The notes under the pieces were generated by a model. That model saw nothing but the letters and a program-made list of their open reading frames with translations, was not told the DNA's origin and made no database searches. The translations under genes and the position numbers were made by a program. Source: an uncultured bacterium (lineage in GTDB: Bacteria > Fidelibacterota > Marinisomatia > Marinisomatales > AB-629-J13). Taken from it: a stretch of DNA of 54,116 nt. Positions 18,725-27,873 of the stretch are shown in pieces; the first letter of the stretch is position 1, and every line of letters begins with the position of its first letter. The stretch lies in contig CAZFKU010000003.1 of NCBI GenBank assembly GCA_964518835.1, positions 1 to 54,116 on the forward strand, given 5' to 3'.

Positions 18725-21700
18725 ATGAAAAAAGGGATTATACATAAAATAATCATCAATTATTTCCTCGCAATTCTTGTATTACCACTAACTCTTTCAT
18801 CTACACCTGTGATTGATATACAGGTGAACCAACCCGGGACAATCATATTATCAGTCCAATTGGAAACTGTTTGGATTGACGCAAATGGTTTGATTCAATC
18901 GTTGCCACAATTAAAATCATTTAAGCAACCGAATCATCCCTCAATTCCCTATGTTTCAGAAACGCTTGTAGGAGTTCCATCTTCAGCAATTGTTAATATT
19001 TTCCCCGGCGATGAGCGAACAACACCGATCCTAACTAATTTACAATTAGGGATTCATGAATCACCAAAGGGAATGGAATTAGAAGATAACGAAGTCATTA
19101 CATCTTATTTTCAGGAGCAAAATCAAATAGCAAGTCTTTATTCATATCCGGATATAAAGGGAAGACAAAGTTCCGGATTAAAAGTTTTCCCAATATCAAT
19201 CGGAAATGAAAATGTGATCTGGTATGAACACCTGATGGTACAAATTACCTGGAATCCGGAAGATCCATCTTTTATTCCGATTATGGTTTCTAAGGAGGGA
19301 TTTAAAAATATTATACCGAAACTCACATCCGGCCGAACTATGATTCAAATTCCGAATTACCAATACTCCGAAAATTTAGTAAAAATCATAGTGGATACAA
19401 CGAGATGGTATAAAGTTACAAGAAATGATCTTGAAACCCACGGAGTCACCCTAGGTAATGTAAATCCATTATCTTTTCAATTATGGAATGAAATTGAAGA
19501 GATTTTGCTTTTCATAGATGGTGAAGAAGATGGCGAATTTGATTACGAAGATGAGATAATTTTCAGAGGTGAAAAAAATCCAGCTCCTGTTAATGCACCA
19601 TATCAAAATAATTTTTACACAGATGAGAATGTGTATTGGCTGACTTGGGGTAGTGAAAATGGATTGAGATATGGACAGGAAAATGCCTATCCTTCAGAAG
19701 ACGTACCTGACTGGAATAAACCCATATATTTTACCCAGACAGTTCACATTGAAAAAGATGAATATTTTGCCCGTCTTGGACAGGTCACAGAAAAACTTCA
19801 TCAGCAGTGGGATAGTTTTGACCATTTTTTTATGAATCCTCCTGTGAACAACGGTACGTCAGTTGACTATTTTATTGATCTCGAATATCCCGCTACAAAT
19901 GAATTTCAAATTACTGCTGAGGTTCAGGGAATTACAAGCGGTACTCATTTAATCACCATGCAGTGGAATCAACATTTAATGGGTGAAACCATTTCGTGGG
20001 AAGGGCAAAGCACCAAACAGATTCATGGTGAAGCTATCGGCAACAGCTCAATTCCCATTGTCAATGGGGAAAACTTGTTCACTCTGATAAATCAGGAAGA
20101 TTCCAATGAAAATACCAGCTATGACCAAGTATATTTAAATTGGATTGATATTTCCTATGAACGGTTTTTTTTAACAGAAAAAGAATACATTCGATTTAAA
20201 TCCGATGTGAATCAGACCGGCAGAATTGAATTTACAGTACGGGGATTTCAATCAAATAATATTTACCTTTTTAAGGAAAATGTAGCAAGGTTGCAGGATT
20301 TCCTCATTTCTGAAGATGATATTAATCAAACATATTCAATCCGTTTTCAGGATAATATTGTATTTCCGGGTGCCGAATATCACGTATTCTCCGATATGGA
20401 ATTAGACACAGTGAAGAAAATTATTCCTGTAGATCCAATAAGTACTCCATTAAATGATTTGGTGTCAACCTATATAATCGTCGCTCCCGATTCGTTTCAT
20501 TCTATTTTGGAACCGCTCGTTGATTATCATAATGGAGAGGTGGTGAGTATAGAAGAAATATACCGGCAATATTCATATGGAAAATTCACTCCTTATGCTC
20601 TAAAATCATATTTTCGTGAAATCTTTTTGAGTAATAATGGCAGTCTTGAAGCTGTATTAATTGCAATGCAGGGTGAGGATATAAATAAAGAAGAGAGAGG
20701 ATTTTCAAAGGGAGGGAACTTCATTCCGTCCATGAAAATCCAGACTGTGGGATGGGGTGCTGCTTCGTCTGATTTTTGGTTTACCTGCGTGGATGGTGAT
20801 GATCTAAATCCGGAATTTTCCATTGGGAGATTTCCAGCAGAAGATACTGAAGAAATACAGATCATGGTGAATAAAACTCTTTCCTATCATATGCAGGAAG
20901 AACAATTTTGGCATAATAATCAGTTATTCATTGCGGGATATGAACCTGTTTTTAAAGAACAATCTGAAACACTCATAGGGGATGTTGTTCAAAAAGGAAA
21001 TTTTCCAAGACGTCTTTTTATTGATGTGACATCTGAATCAGGTCCTTATTATGGAAGTACGGAAACATTACTCAACTATTTGGAAACAGGAATGAGTTAT
21101 ATTAATTTTCTGGGACATGGAGGAGGAGCAGTATGGGGAGATCGCTCCCTGATGACCCTGGCTGCTTTGGACCATTTATTTAATAATGAAAAAATTCCTT
21201 TTGTGACAAGCATGACTTGCTTCACTGGAGATGTAACCAATCCAAATGCATTGGGTAGGAGAATGGTTGCCCTTGATCAGGGTGGTGCAGTGGCTTGGTT
21301 TGGAAGTTCCGGTGTTGGATGGATTATTAATGATTTTTTATTGTTAGAACCACTCAATCAATACCTTTTTGGGGATGTTGATTTGCCTGTTGGGGAAATG
21401 ATCCATGCAGCTAAAATGGATTTTCTTGCTTCAAATACAACCTACCCAGACATCGCAAAAACCCAGGTTTATCAATTCAATTTAACGGGTGATCCATTGT
21501 TGCGACTGAAAAAAAACAACACAGCCGAGCTCCAATTTTCTCCAACAACAGAAGAATCAGGTCAAGTGGTTAATATTGAATTGACAGATTTTTCTTTTGA
21601 CTCAGTTTATTTTCAGGTCTTTGATATAGAGAACCACCCGATTCAATTAGAACCTCAATTATTTGAAAATTCAATTCCCTTATCTGATTCACTGGAAAGC

Positions 21701-23353
21701 GGTGTGTATTATGTAAATATTTCCGCTAAATCAGAAAATTCCTTAGTTCATGATTCGGGAATTTTTATTCTGACCGATTCTGATCCTGTTATTCAAATAT
21801 TAAATGTGGAACCCACCTCTGCAACATATAAAGATAGTATCTACTTGAGTGTGTTTATGAACAACATCCAAAATTCAGATTCTTTATTTTTACAAATAAA
21901 TGGTGAAAATTATCATCCGATTGAAATTGGGAACATACAGGGAAATACATTTACAGAAATAATTCCTCCGCAGGATCCAAACAGGACATTAATCCTTTCC
22001 CTTCGGTATTTGGGTAATGAAGGACAAAATTTTGTTAGTAATGAAGAAATAATTACCATTCTTCCTCTTGCAGATTATAGACCAATTTCACTTTCATTTT
22101 CCACCGAAGACAGTATTTACATAAAAGCAGAAATTGAAAACCTTTATCCCAGTCCCGGTTGGTGTCATGTTTATATTTACCAAATGTCGGAGAATGAAAA
22201 TTGGACAGAAATCGTACAAAGAGAATTGCATTTTACAGGGAAGGAAACAAAATGGATTGCCAATTTGTTCGAGCCTTTAAAGGGGGTATTTTCCTACCGG
22301 ATTATTACTGAAAGTGACGATTCAACATTGACATATGCAAATGACACTTTGTTTGCAATAATGGAAACTCAATCCTTTTATGTATCAGAAAACCAAACGG
22401 TAGGGATTCAAAATGTGGATGTAGCTGTGGAAAGTGGAGATGGTATAATTCAATTTATTAATCATGAGTCGGTGAACCTGGAATCTCAACCTGATTTTCA
22501 GATTCAATTAGTTGATTCAATAAGATCAGCTCTTGAAATTAATGCACCGGAAAATTTGGAATATGAAGTTAATTGGTATTTTTCTACGGAAATTTCTGAC
22601 AGTCTTGCTGTTTACCGATTTTATGATACATTTCATACATGGCTGCCCGAGTCAGCAGATATATCTGCTGATCATGTATCCATAATCGGAAAAGGAGATT
22701 TAACAATTGCTTTTTTACATTCATCGGATGGTACAGCACCTGTCTTGGAAGCATCCTTAAATGGACAGAAGTTTTTTAAAAACAGTTATGTGTCATCTGA
22801 ACCCCTCGTTTATATAAATGCACAGGATGAAAATGGGATAGACTACCGGCAGTCCGGAATAAAAATTTGGCTGAATGAAAGTGATATGATTTCACCATCA
22901 CAAATTACGGGAAATGGAAATGAATTGTCTATTCAGTTAAAACCTCAATTGACACATCTGGATTCCTCATTACATGTTTTGGTGAGTGATGCATGGGGAA
23001 ATTGGTCGGACACACTTGATTTAACCTTCACAGTAAAAATATCACTAGAGCTGATTGATTATGGGAATTTCCCTAATCCATTTGAGAACAGAACATGGTT
23101 TTCCTATGAATTGACTGATGCCTGTGATGATTTTTATCTGGATTTGTTCACGGTGAACGGGAAACGAATCAGGCGGTTTACTACCGGTTCTACGGACAGG
23201 GATTTGGAATCAGGAGCTTATCATGAAATATTATGGGACGGGAGGGATGATTCTGGCGAATTGGTAGCAAACGGTGTATATTTTTACAGAATGGTTGGTT
23301 TCAAGGATGATATTACTTTGGAATCCATTGGAAAAGTTGCCAAAGCAAAATGA
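18725..23353 (+). CDS. Secreted 1542-aa peptidase C25 (gingipain-family) protein with a T9SS-type/FlgD-Ig-like C-terminal domain; PorU-like candidate CTD sortase
   Basis: Signal peptide. His/Cys dyad in C25 context: FLGHGGG (His798, nt 21116..21118) and SMTCFTGD (Cys832, nt 21218..21220). C-terminal NFPNPFENRTWFSY...LWDGRDDSGELVANGVYFYRMV (about nt 23050..23350). Coupled to a PorV-like gene. Confidence 0.65.
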   Translation: MKKGIIHKIIINYFLAILVLPLTLSSTPVIDIQVNQPGTIILSVQLETVWIDANGLIQSLPQLKSFKQPNHPSIPYVSETLVGVPSSAIVNIFPGDERTTPILTNLQLGIHESPKGMELEDNEVITSYFQEQNQIASLYSYPDIKGRQSSGLKVFPISIGNENVIWYEHLMVQITWNPEDPSFIPIMVSKEGFKNIIPKLTSGRTMIQIPNYQYSENLVKIIVDTTRWYKVTRNDLETHGVTLGNVNPLSFQLWNEIEEILLFIDGEEDGEFDYEDEIIFRGEKNPAPVNAPYQNNFYTDENVYWLTWGSENGLRYGQENAYPSEDVPDWNKPIYFTQTVHIEKDEYFARLGQVTEKLHQQWDSFDHFFMNPPVNNGTSVDYFIDLEYPATNEFQITAEVQGITSGTHLITMQWNQHLMGETISWEGQSTKQIHGEAIGNSSIPIVNGENLFTLINQEDSNENTSYDQVYLNWIDISYERFFLTEKEYIRFKSDVNQTGRIEFTVRGFQSNNIYLFKENVARLQDFLISEDDINQTYSIRFQDNIVFPGAEYHVFSDMELDTVKKIIPVDPISTPLNDLVSTYIIVAPDSFHSILEPLVDYHNGEVVSIEEIYRQYSYGKFTPYALKSYFREIFLSNNGSLEAVLIAMQGEDINKEERGFSKGGNFIPSMKIQTVGWGAASSDFWFTCVDGDDLNPEFSIGRFPAEDTEEIQIMVNKTLSYHMQEEQFWHNNQLFIAGYEPVFKEQSETLIGDVVQKGNFPRRLFIDVTSESGPYYGSTETLLNYLETGMSYINFLGHGGGAVWGDRSLMTLAALDHLFNNEKIPFVTSMTCFTGDVTNPNALGRRMVALDQGGAVAWFGSSGVGWIINDFLLLEPLNQYLFGDVDLPVGEMIHAAKMDFLASNTTYPDIAKTQVYQFNLTGDPLLRLKKNNTAELQFSPTTEESGQVVNIELTDFSFDSVYFQVFDIENHPIQLEPQLFENSIPLSDSLESGVYYVNISAKSENSLVHDSGIFILTDSDPVIQILNVEPTSATYKDSIYLSVFMNNIQNSDSLFLQINGENYHPIEIGNIQGNTFTEIIPPQDPNRTLILSLRYLGNEGQNFVSNEEIITILPLADYRPISLSFSTEDSIYIKAEIENLYPSPGWCHVYIYQMSENENWTEIVQRELHFTGKETKWIANLFEPLKGVFSYRIITESDDSTLTYANDTLFAIMETQSFYVSENQTVGIQNVDVAVESGDGIIQFINHESVNLESQPDFQIQLVDSIRSALEINAPENLEYEVNWYFSTEISDSLAVYRFYDTFHTWLPESADISADHVSIIGKGDLTIAFLHSSDGTAPVLEASLNGQKFFKNSYVSSEPLVYINAQDENGIDYRQSGIKIWLNESDMISPSQITGNGNELSIQLKPQLTHLDSSLHVLVSDAWGNWSDTLDLTFTVKISLELIDYGNFPNPFENRTWFSYELTDACDDFYLDLFTVNGKRIRRFTTGSTDRDLESGAYHEILWDGRDDSGELVANGVYFYRMVGFKDDITLESIGKVAKAK

Positions 23354-24351
23354 AACCATTTATCCTTTTATTCTTCTTTCAATTTTTAGTCTTGGGTCAA
23401 TCAAATTATGCAGATTCCTTTTTAAAAATTGGTTTGTCCACAAGGTCCATTTCCCTGGGTCAGGCAGTGGTCGCTATGTCTTCTCATCCGCAGGCATATT
23501 TATATAATCCCTCAGGAGCAGCATTAATAGAACAGTCAACATTTTCCCTTTTGGCAGTGAACCAGTTTTCCCTGGCAGACTATTATTCATTCAGCATTTC
23601 AACTCCGGTGGGAGAGAAAACAGTTCTTGGATTTCATGGAGTTGGACTTATGATTGATCACATTCTTGAGAGACCGGATATTCACGGAATCAGTGACTTA
23701 GAAGCAAGACGTGATACAATTCGAACTCTTGTTTCTGAAGGATTTTCATCCTTTTCAAATCGTGAAACAGCTTGGACATTTACCCTGTCGAGAAAATTTC
23801 AATACAATTTAGATTTAGGATGGCAGACTAATCAAATTCCGTTGAATTGTCCCATTGGTATGAATATTCGATATATCCGCAAAACCCTTCATATGCTGAA
23901 TGGAAGGGGAATAGGATTTGATGCAGGAGGGCTTATTCAGATACCGTTGAATGATGTATTATCATTTTCAAATGCAGGACTGTTGTCTTTAGGAGGGACG
24001 GTGACCAACATTGCTGGCACAAGAATCTTTTGGAGTACTGAAAAGAATGATCTAATACCTTTGAAGTTTATCTGGGGAGCATCTTATGCACAGGATTTAA
24101 TCATTATTCCAGCAATTACACATTTTTTCTACCAATCAAACCAGGGTACAGATGAGCAGGACAGGTATGGAATGGAACTGGGAGTCATGAATAAAATATT
24201 CCTAAGGATAGGAATGGACGAATCAGGGTTAAATTCCGGATTGGGATTTCAATTCGTATTTTATCAAAAAAAGATTGATATGGGATATAGTTTTTTGAAT
24301 CATGATTTGGGAAAATCCCATCGGTTTGATTTCACAATTGGTTTTCTGTAG
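23350..24351 (+). CDS. PorV/PorQ-family-like outer-membrane beta-barrel protein
   Basis: 333 aa with a signal peptide. The N-terminal motif FLKIGLSTRSISLGQAVVAMSS..AYLYNPSGAA resembles the PorV/PorQ signature. Alternating hydrophobic beta-strand pattern, aromatic C-terminus (FDFTIGFL). ATGA overlap with the C25 gene. Confidence 0.55.
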   Translation: MKPFILLFFFQFLVLGQSNYADSFLKIGLSTRSISLGQAVVAMSSHPQAYLYNPSGAALIEQSTFSLLAVNQFSLADYYSFSISTPVGEKTVLGFHGVGLMIDHILERPDIHGISDLEARRDTIRTLVSEGFSSFSNRETAWTFTLSRKFQYNLDLGWQTNQIPLNCPIGMNIRYIRKTLHMLNGRGIGFDAGGLIQIPLNDVLSFSNAGLLSLGGTVTNIAGTRIFWSTEKNDLIPLKFIWGASYAQDLIIIPAITHFFYQSNQGTDEQDRYGMELGVMNKIFLRIGMDESGLNSGLGFQFVFYQKKIDMGYSFLNHDLGKSHRFDFTIGFL

Positions 24352-24352
24352 G

Positions 24353-25147
24353 ATGACAAAGCAAATAATTATTTGTTTTTCTATTTTATTTTCAGGATGT
24401 ACCCAGGAATTGAAAAATAAAAATATTCCATCTACGCCGGTTTGGGTGGAAAAATCCCGCCCAGAAGATTTAGATGAAAGAGGAATTGATGCCCATAACA
24501 TAAATTTAATTTCTCCTGATAAAAATTCCATTAAACTTGCATGGCATCCGAATCCGGAGGAAGATATTTGGAAATACCACCTGTATCGGACTGATGTAGT
24601 GGATGAAGAAAATTTTCCTACAGATTTTTCAATTATCCTTACCACCGAAATTGATACATTATTTTATGATGAAGAAGTGTTCCGTTATGTTGAATTTTAT
24701 TATTATTTAATAGCTGAAAATTTCGATGGTATTAAAAGTGCAACATCTGATACGATTTCTTATAAATTGTTAAAAAAACCATCCGCATTCACTACATCGG
24801 ATTCAATTCAAAGTATATCCCTGCAATTTCACTGGTTAGATCATCAATATGGGTCCCATATCCCCAGTTATTATGCTGTAAAAATTGAAAATGAATTTGG
24901 TCATGGAGTTTGGGGTTGCTTGTTCTTGAATCCAAATTTTTTAAATAATGGAGAACCGGTAAGTTTTTCATTTTCCCTAAATGGAACAGATTGTGTGGAG
25001 TATGAGGGCATAGATGATTATCTGGAACCGGGACGATATTTTTGGAAGATCAAAGCGCTCCGTTTAGGAAATGGAATTGCCACAAGTGCAGACCATGACA
25101 TTGCCAGTGCAGAATCCAATTGGGTTGAGATTAACATTATTGATTAG
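24353..25147 (+). CDS. Lipoprotein with two FN3/Ig-like modules, function unknown
   Basis: Start placed at MTKQIIICFSILFSGC (lipobox-like FSGC), 1 nt after the PorV-like stop. The ORF-track extension to 24302 overlaps the upstream gene. SIKLAWHPNPEEDIWKYHLYRTD and LEPGRYFWKIKA are FN3-like strand patterns. Confidence 0.6.
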   Translation: MTKQIIICFSILFSGCTQELKNKNIPSTPVWVEKSRPEDLDERGIDAHNINLISPDKNSIKLAWHPNPEEDIWKYHLYRTDVVDEENFPTDFSIILTTEIDTLFYDEEVFRYVEFYYYLIAENFDGIKSATSDTISYKLLKKPSAFTTSDSIQSISLQFHWLDHQYGSHIPSYYAVKIENEFGHGVWGCLFLNPNFLNNGEPVSFSFSLNGTDCVEYEGIDDYLEPGRYFWKIKALRLGNGIATSADHDIASAESNWVEINIID

Positions 25148-25272
25148 GATTTGTTTGATATGAATATCCGATTTTGTTCTATCGCCTGGTGTTGTTACGA
25201 AATCTCTTGTAAAAATGTTAATCCGGTAATTTGTCATTCTGTTGACATATTTGAACCATTGTAAATTTTACC

Positions 25273-26371
25273 ATGATGCTGGACCAATTAAAAGAAATAT
25301 TCAGTGAAACTGAATCTAAATACCTTGAACTGCGGAGGCATCTTTGACCTTGATTCCAAGAATGAAAAACTTAGTAAGTTAAAAAAATTGACACTTGTGG
25401 AAAATTTTTGGAATGATAATGAATCCGCAACCGTAACACTTAAAAAAATATCCATATTGGAGAAAGATATCCGGATCTGGGATGAATTGAATCTGAAACA
25501 CGGTGACCTTGAAGTTCTCTTTGAGTTTCTTGATGAAGGAGAATCTACAGAAGAAGAGGTTGAAAAGGAATTAGGTGAGTTCTCACAATCAATTCGAGAT
25601 CAGGAATTAAAGCTGATTTTAGGTGCGCCGGAAGATGCGGAAAATGCAATCCTGACTATTCATCCCGGTGCAGGGGGAACGGAAAGCCAGGATTGGGCAA
25701 ACATGCTTTATCGAATGTATAACCGCTGGATAGAAAGAAAAGGATTTTCCCAGAAACTGTTAGACTACCAGCCGGGAGATGAAGCCGGGATTAAGGACGT
25801 TACCATTGAGATTGAGGGAGAATATGCATACGGTCAATTAAAAGCGGAAGCAGGTGTCCATCGTTTGGTCCGAATCTCACCATTTGATGCCAACAGCAGA
25901 CGACACACGTCTTTTGCAAGCGTATTTGTATATCCTTCCGTCAAGGAGGAAATTCAAATAGACATCAACACCGGTGATCTGAGAATTGATACATATCGAG
26001 CCAGCGGTGCCGGAGGACAGCATGTGAATAAAACAGATTCTGCAATCAGGATCACTCATATCCCATCCGGAATAGTGGTACAATGCCAAAATGAACGTTC
26101 CCAGCATAAAAATAAATCACAAGCAATGAAAGTTTTGAAAGCCCGGTTATATCAGTTGGAACTGGAAAAAGAAAAAGAATCAGCCCAGGAATTAGCAAAT
26201 CAGAAAAAAGACATTGGTTGGGGAAGCCAGATACGTTCTTATGTATTTCACCCGTACAATATGGTGAAAGACCATCGAACAAAGGAAGAAACATCCAATG
26301 TTCAAGCCGTGATGGATGGAGACATCGATCGATTTATTCAAACATTTTTAATGCAGCATATGAGTCATTAA
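25273..26371 (+). CDS. prfB: Peptide chain release factor 2, expressed by programmed +1 ribosomal frameshift: join(25273..25344,25346..26371), 365 aa
   Basis: Frame 0 reads MMLDQLKEIFSETESKYLELRRHL and then the in-frame TGA at 25345..25347. The +1 frame continues DLDSKNEKLSKL. RF2-specific SPF (RISPFD) and GGQ (SGAGGQHVNK) motifs lie downstream. Confidence 0.92.
25334..25348 (+). promoter_or_regulatory. prfB autoregulatory +1 frameshift site: internal Shine-Dalgarno-like GGAGG, 3-nt spacer, slippery CTT TGA C
   Basis: GGAGG at 25334..25338, CAT spacer, CTT 25342..25344, TGA 25345..25347, C 25348. This is the same architecture as E. coli prfB (AGGGGG TAT CTT TGA C). Confidence 0.9.
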
Positions 26372-27858
26372 TGCCAGAAGAAAAAACAAGTCTTAAACAA
26401 ATCATAAAATACAGGAAAGAAAAATTAGAGGAACTTCGGGAAAATGGTGTGGACCCGTATCCTCATGTATTTAATCCTGCTCAAACAAGCAGTGACATCC
26501 TGGATAATTTTGATCAATTTGAAAATCAAACAGTCAGTGCAGCCGGTAGAATAATGTCCGTCAGGAAAATGGGAAAAGCATGTTTCTGTCATATTCAGGA
26601 TAAATCAGGACGTATTCAAGTTTATGTCCGCAGGGATGATGTAGGTGAACAGAACTACACTCATTTTAAATTATTTGACCTGGGTGACCATGTTGGAGTG
26701 GAAGGATATGTATTTAAAACAAAAACCGGAGAAATATCCATTCACGCAGAAACAATAACAATTTTATCAAAAAGCATTAGACCTTTGCCTGTTGTAAAAG
26801 AAAAGGATGGGGAAATATTCCATGCATTTACAGATAAGGAGCAACGATACCGTCAGCGCCACCTGGACCTTATTGTAAATCCCGAAGTGAAGGATGTATT
26901 CGTCAAACGGTCAAAAATCATTCAGGCAATCCGAAATTATTTGGATAAACTGGGATTCCTTGAAGTGGAAACTCCAATTCTGCAACCTCTGTACGGTGGA
27001 GCTAATGCCCGTCCGTTTACCACTTATCATAATGCTTTGGATCAACAATTCTATCTTCGGATTGCAGATGAACTCTACCTGAAACGGCTCATTATTGGGG
27101 GATTTGATAAAGTTTATGAAATGAGTAAAGATTTTCGAAACGAGGGGATTGACAGAAATCACAATCCTGAATTCACCATGCTCGAATGGTATGAGGCATA
27201 TGCTGATTATGAGAAGAATATGGAAACCGTAGAAGCTCTGATAAAGCATGTAGCTGAATCTCTGGATATAACTTCGGTCACATGGAATGATGTGAACGTT
27301 GATTTTTCAAAACCGTTTTCACGAAAACCCATTTTTGAATTGACGAATGATATATTTGGAATGGATCTCTCCGTCTCAGATGAAAAAGATTTATCCGAAT
27401 TGTGCAAAAAAAATAACATAGAAATGGATAAAGATGCACCCTACGGACAATTGCTGGATGAATTGATGAAACATAACGTTGAACCGACATTGACCCAACC
27501 GACATTCGTTACGGATTATCCAAAGGCAATTTCCCCTCTTGCAAAAAAACACCGAAACGGAAATCCGGAATTAGTGGAACGATTTGAATTATTCATTTGC
27601 GGGACGGAATTTGCAAATTCCTTTACGGAATTGAATGACCCCATAGATCAAAGGGAACGATTTGAAATGCAGGGAAGATTGCTTAGGGAAGGAGATGAGG
27701 AAGCTCATCCGGTGGATGAACAATTTTTAGAAGCAATGGAAACGGGAATGCCTCCCACCGGAGGTGTGGGTATTGGAATTGATCGTCTGGTCATGCTTAT
27801 GACGGAACAAAGGTGGATAAAAGACGTCATTTTATTTCCAACTCTCAGATCAGTTTAA
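26371..27858 (+). CDS. lysS: Lysine--tRNA ligase (class II)
   Basis: Start at MPEEKTSLKQIIKYRKEKLEELRENGVDPYPH (TAATG overlap with the prfB stop). The ORF-track start at 26218 lies inside prfB. OB-fold anticodon domain; class II motifs FRNEG and GGVGIGIDRL. Confidence 0.93.
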   Translation: MPEEKTSLKQIIKYRKEKLEELRENGVDPYPHVFNPAQTSSDILDNFDQFENQTVSAAGRIMSVRKMGKACFCHIQDKSGRIQVYVRRDDVGEQNYTHFKLFDLGDHVGVEGYVFKTKTGEISIHAETITILSKSIRPLPVVKEKDGEIFHAFTDKEQRYRQRHLDLIVNPEVKDVFVKRSKIIQAIRNYLDKLGFLEVETPILQPLYGGANARPFTTYHNALDQQFYLRIADELYLKRLIIGGFDKVYEMSKDFRNEGIDRNHNPEFTMLEWYEAYADYEKNMETVEALIKHVAESLDITSVTWNDVNVDFSKPFSRKPIFELTNDIFGMDLSVSDEKDLSELCKKNNIEMDKDAPYGQLLDELMKHNVEPTLTQPTFVTDYPKAISPLAKKHRNGNPELVERFELFICGTEFANSFTELNDPIDQRERFEMQGRLLREGDEEAHPVDEQFLEAMETGMPPTGGVGIGIDRLVMLMTEQRWIKDVILFPTLRSV

Positions 27859-27873
27859 TATTTTACCAAAAAC

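Noticed and set aside
25160-25264. 34-codon Cys-rich ORF (MNIRFCSIAWCCYEISCKNVNPVICHSVDIFEPL) in the gap upstream of prfB.
   Set aside because: No Shine-Dalgarno sequence, no coupling to a neighbour and no recognisable peptide family. The region more plausibly holds the prfB promoter. It could be revisited if the frame is conserved in relatives.
25242-25272. TTGACA (25242..25247) followed by TAAATT/ATTTTA just upstream of the prfB ATG: a possible sigma70-type promoter giving a near-leaderless mRNA.
   Set aside because: The spacing to the best -10-like hexamer is poor: 14 nt to TAAATT, and 17 nt only to the weak ATTTTA. The promoter consensus of this lineage is unknown, and there is no transcript data. 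Too speculative to annotate.
26218-26370. 5' extensions in the ORF track: lysS from 26218, tamB from 35579, lipoprotein from 24302, TPR protein from 41292, prfB from 25304.
   Set aside because: The extensions overlap the upstream gene or, for tamB, the dnaK terminator. They translate to non-homologous sequence. Internal ATGs give N-termini matching family expectations (lysS MPEEK.., tamB signal anchor, lipobox, RF2 frameshift).
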